64,000 nucleotides of DNA. Origin: Marsupella aquatica (Eukaryota > Plantae > Marchantiophyta). The position numbers and the translations under genes are program-made. Positions 62,279 to 64,000 of this stretch are shown here, one piece after another; position 1 is the first letter of the stretch; every line of letters begins with the position of its first letter. The notes beneath the pieces were generated by a model. It did not search any database and had not been told where the DNA came from. It was given only the letters and a program-made list of their open reading frames with translations. The stretch spans positions 12,097,929 to 12,161,928 of the forward strand of contig OZ316895.1 of assembly GCA_973895155.1 (NCBI GenBank), written 5' to 3'.

Positions 62279-64000
62279 TATATTGCAGTTTAGGGTTTAG
62301 GGTTACTATAGTGAACTTGTCATCCATAAATGAACTATGGCATATTTATAAATACAAAAAAAATTTATGACAGTATTGTCAATTAGAACATCTGTAATTA
62401 GAATATGTGCAATACTTAATATTATATACATTAGAACATCTGTAATTAGAATATGTTTAGTACTTAAAATTATATACAGCCTAATAGAAAGAGAGTAAAA
62501 AGATAAAACCAAATGTCTTTACCGCGAATTCCCTAAAGCAAGAGTTGAAAAGGCCACGTCAAATGTCTTTACCGCGAGAAGCCTGGGGTTTCCGTGTAAT
62601 CCTTTTCCCGAAGTTACCATGTAACCGCCCATCATATCCTTGTCCTGTCCTCGTACACAAACCCCGCCGCTTCGGCGCTTCCACGCGCTGGTTGGCTGGT
62701 CTCCTCCCGCCTCTCTTGATTTGAATGCCACTGCCGGAGTTCCCAATTCTGCATGAGAGAATGTGAGATCGTCACATGTCATCATCGTTCGGCCAATTCT
62801 GCCGTCTCCACTTTCTTCCTTCTCTCGATTCATTTCGTGAAGCTTTATCGCTTCGCTCTCCCCTCATTTTCGTAAATTGCGTTGCTGGTTGGCTGCTCTG
62901 TTCCCGAGTTCTCAATTGTGGCGAGAACGTCAGCTTGCACTTCTTCGGACATTTCACGGCATCTCTAGTTTCTCCTTCTCTCGATAAGTTCAGAATACTT
63001 TCTCGTTTCGTATGTTCGGAATTAAGTTATCACGAGACTTAAGTCCTTGCATCATACCGCCGCACCTTGGCACTCTTGATCGGCCTTTATGCAGCAGAAT
63101 GAGCGCTTGGAGGGGCTACGCGAATTGTGATGATTATAGCTCTGGCAATCTGGCAATTGCAATGCCATGGAAAGGCTTGACTGCAGGGATAAAAGCTGTG
63201 AGGTGTACCGGAATTCGAAAGCTCAGTAAGCTTCACAAATTAGTTCGTCACAACACTCACTTCAGTTATAGTACCTAGGCGAGTGAATTAAAGACGCATC
63301 GATCCACACACGTCTGGTCGAGTGCCGTCAAGAAACGCTTTCCGTACATCTTTCCTTTTCTTCGGTCTGCTCGCTTTCCTGTTTCTTGGTCTGCTGGCAG
63401 TGTTCACTAAATCTAAATTGCCTTAGTGTCCAGCTAACATTCAGCAAGTTCCAAGAGTGAGCTTAGTGGAGAGATGCAACTTGTCGACTCTTTATCGAGA
63501 GGCAGCGTTTTTGAGGTTTCGAATTGGACTTGACTGAGTACAATTGTGCCGATTGGTGCCACTCAATAGTAATCCCTTGAGCTTCCTGGAAACATATGGA
63601 GCGTGCGCTTGTTCAGCATACGGCGTCTACTGCCCCGATTTCAGAAAGCCTCTGGATAATTCATGAAATGCAGCGGTAGACGAGTGTTCCTGATGTGTAT
63701 CTTCCTTCTTAATGTTTACCGCAATGATGTTTATCTATTTATTGGCTTCCAAAGTTTGGTTGCGGCCAAAATTTGAATCACGAATCCCTCCCGGATTGAT
63801 TCCTTCATTCCAGCAATGCAAGTATTCGATGTGGACTATACTCGGCTTGTTTTCTGGAAACCTCAGGTCTGGGCCATCTCTGTGACTGTTGTATCCAGCC
63901 ATCTGCCTTGATGCCGTCGTTTTGGTCCCGCAATGCTAATTGTGATGGAACATCGAGAGTGCCCGATAGAAGAAACCGGTCTGCTGATTCTAGAAGGGCA

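Noticed and set aside
62289-62302. TTTAGGG x2 telomeric repeat
   Set aside because: Only two units; a common telo-box-like motif, not evidence of a chromosome end.
62500-64000. Possible promoter/5' UTR of a downstream host gene
   Set aside because: GC/CT-rich look only; no CDS identifiable within the window.

Overview
Eukaryotic, repeat-rich nuclear DNA, probably from a land plant (an AXY9 homologue, plant-type COX6a and Tnt1-like Copia elements; species not determinable). The main object is a complete 13,075-bp cut-and-paste DNA transposon (7653-20727) with perfect 26-bp TIRs and a 4-bp CTTT target-site duplication. On the minus strand it encodes a Sola-like DDD transposase preceded by three Tnp1/En-Spm-type repeats. 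On the plus strand it carries a predicted three-exon, ~1415-codon gene with a ParB-like domain and a beta-class N6-adenine/N4-cytosine methyltransferase-like domain, followed by an FCP1/NIF-type HAD phosphatase ORF. The predicted introns of both transcription units hold tandem arrays of one quasi-palindromic motif. The window also has two full-length decayed Ty1/Copia elements (192-7641 +, 52973-59474 -), two solo LTRs (one apparently chimeric), a probable TRIM, non-autonomous Helitron copies, an AXY9 pseudogene, an intronless COX6a gene and several short tandem duplications. All protein family calls come from motif recognition by eye, not database searches.
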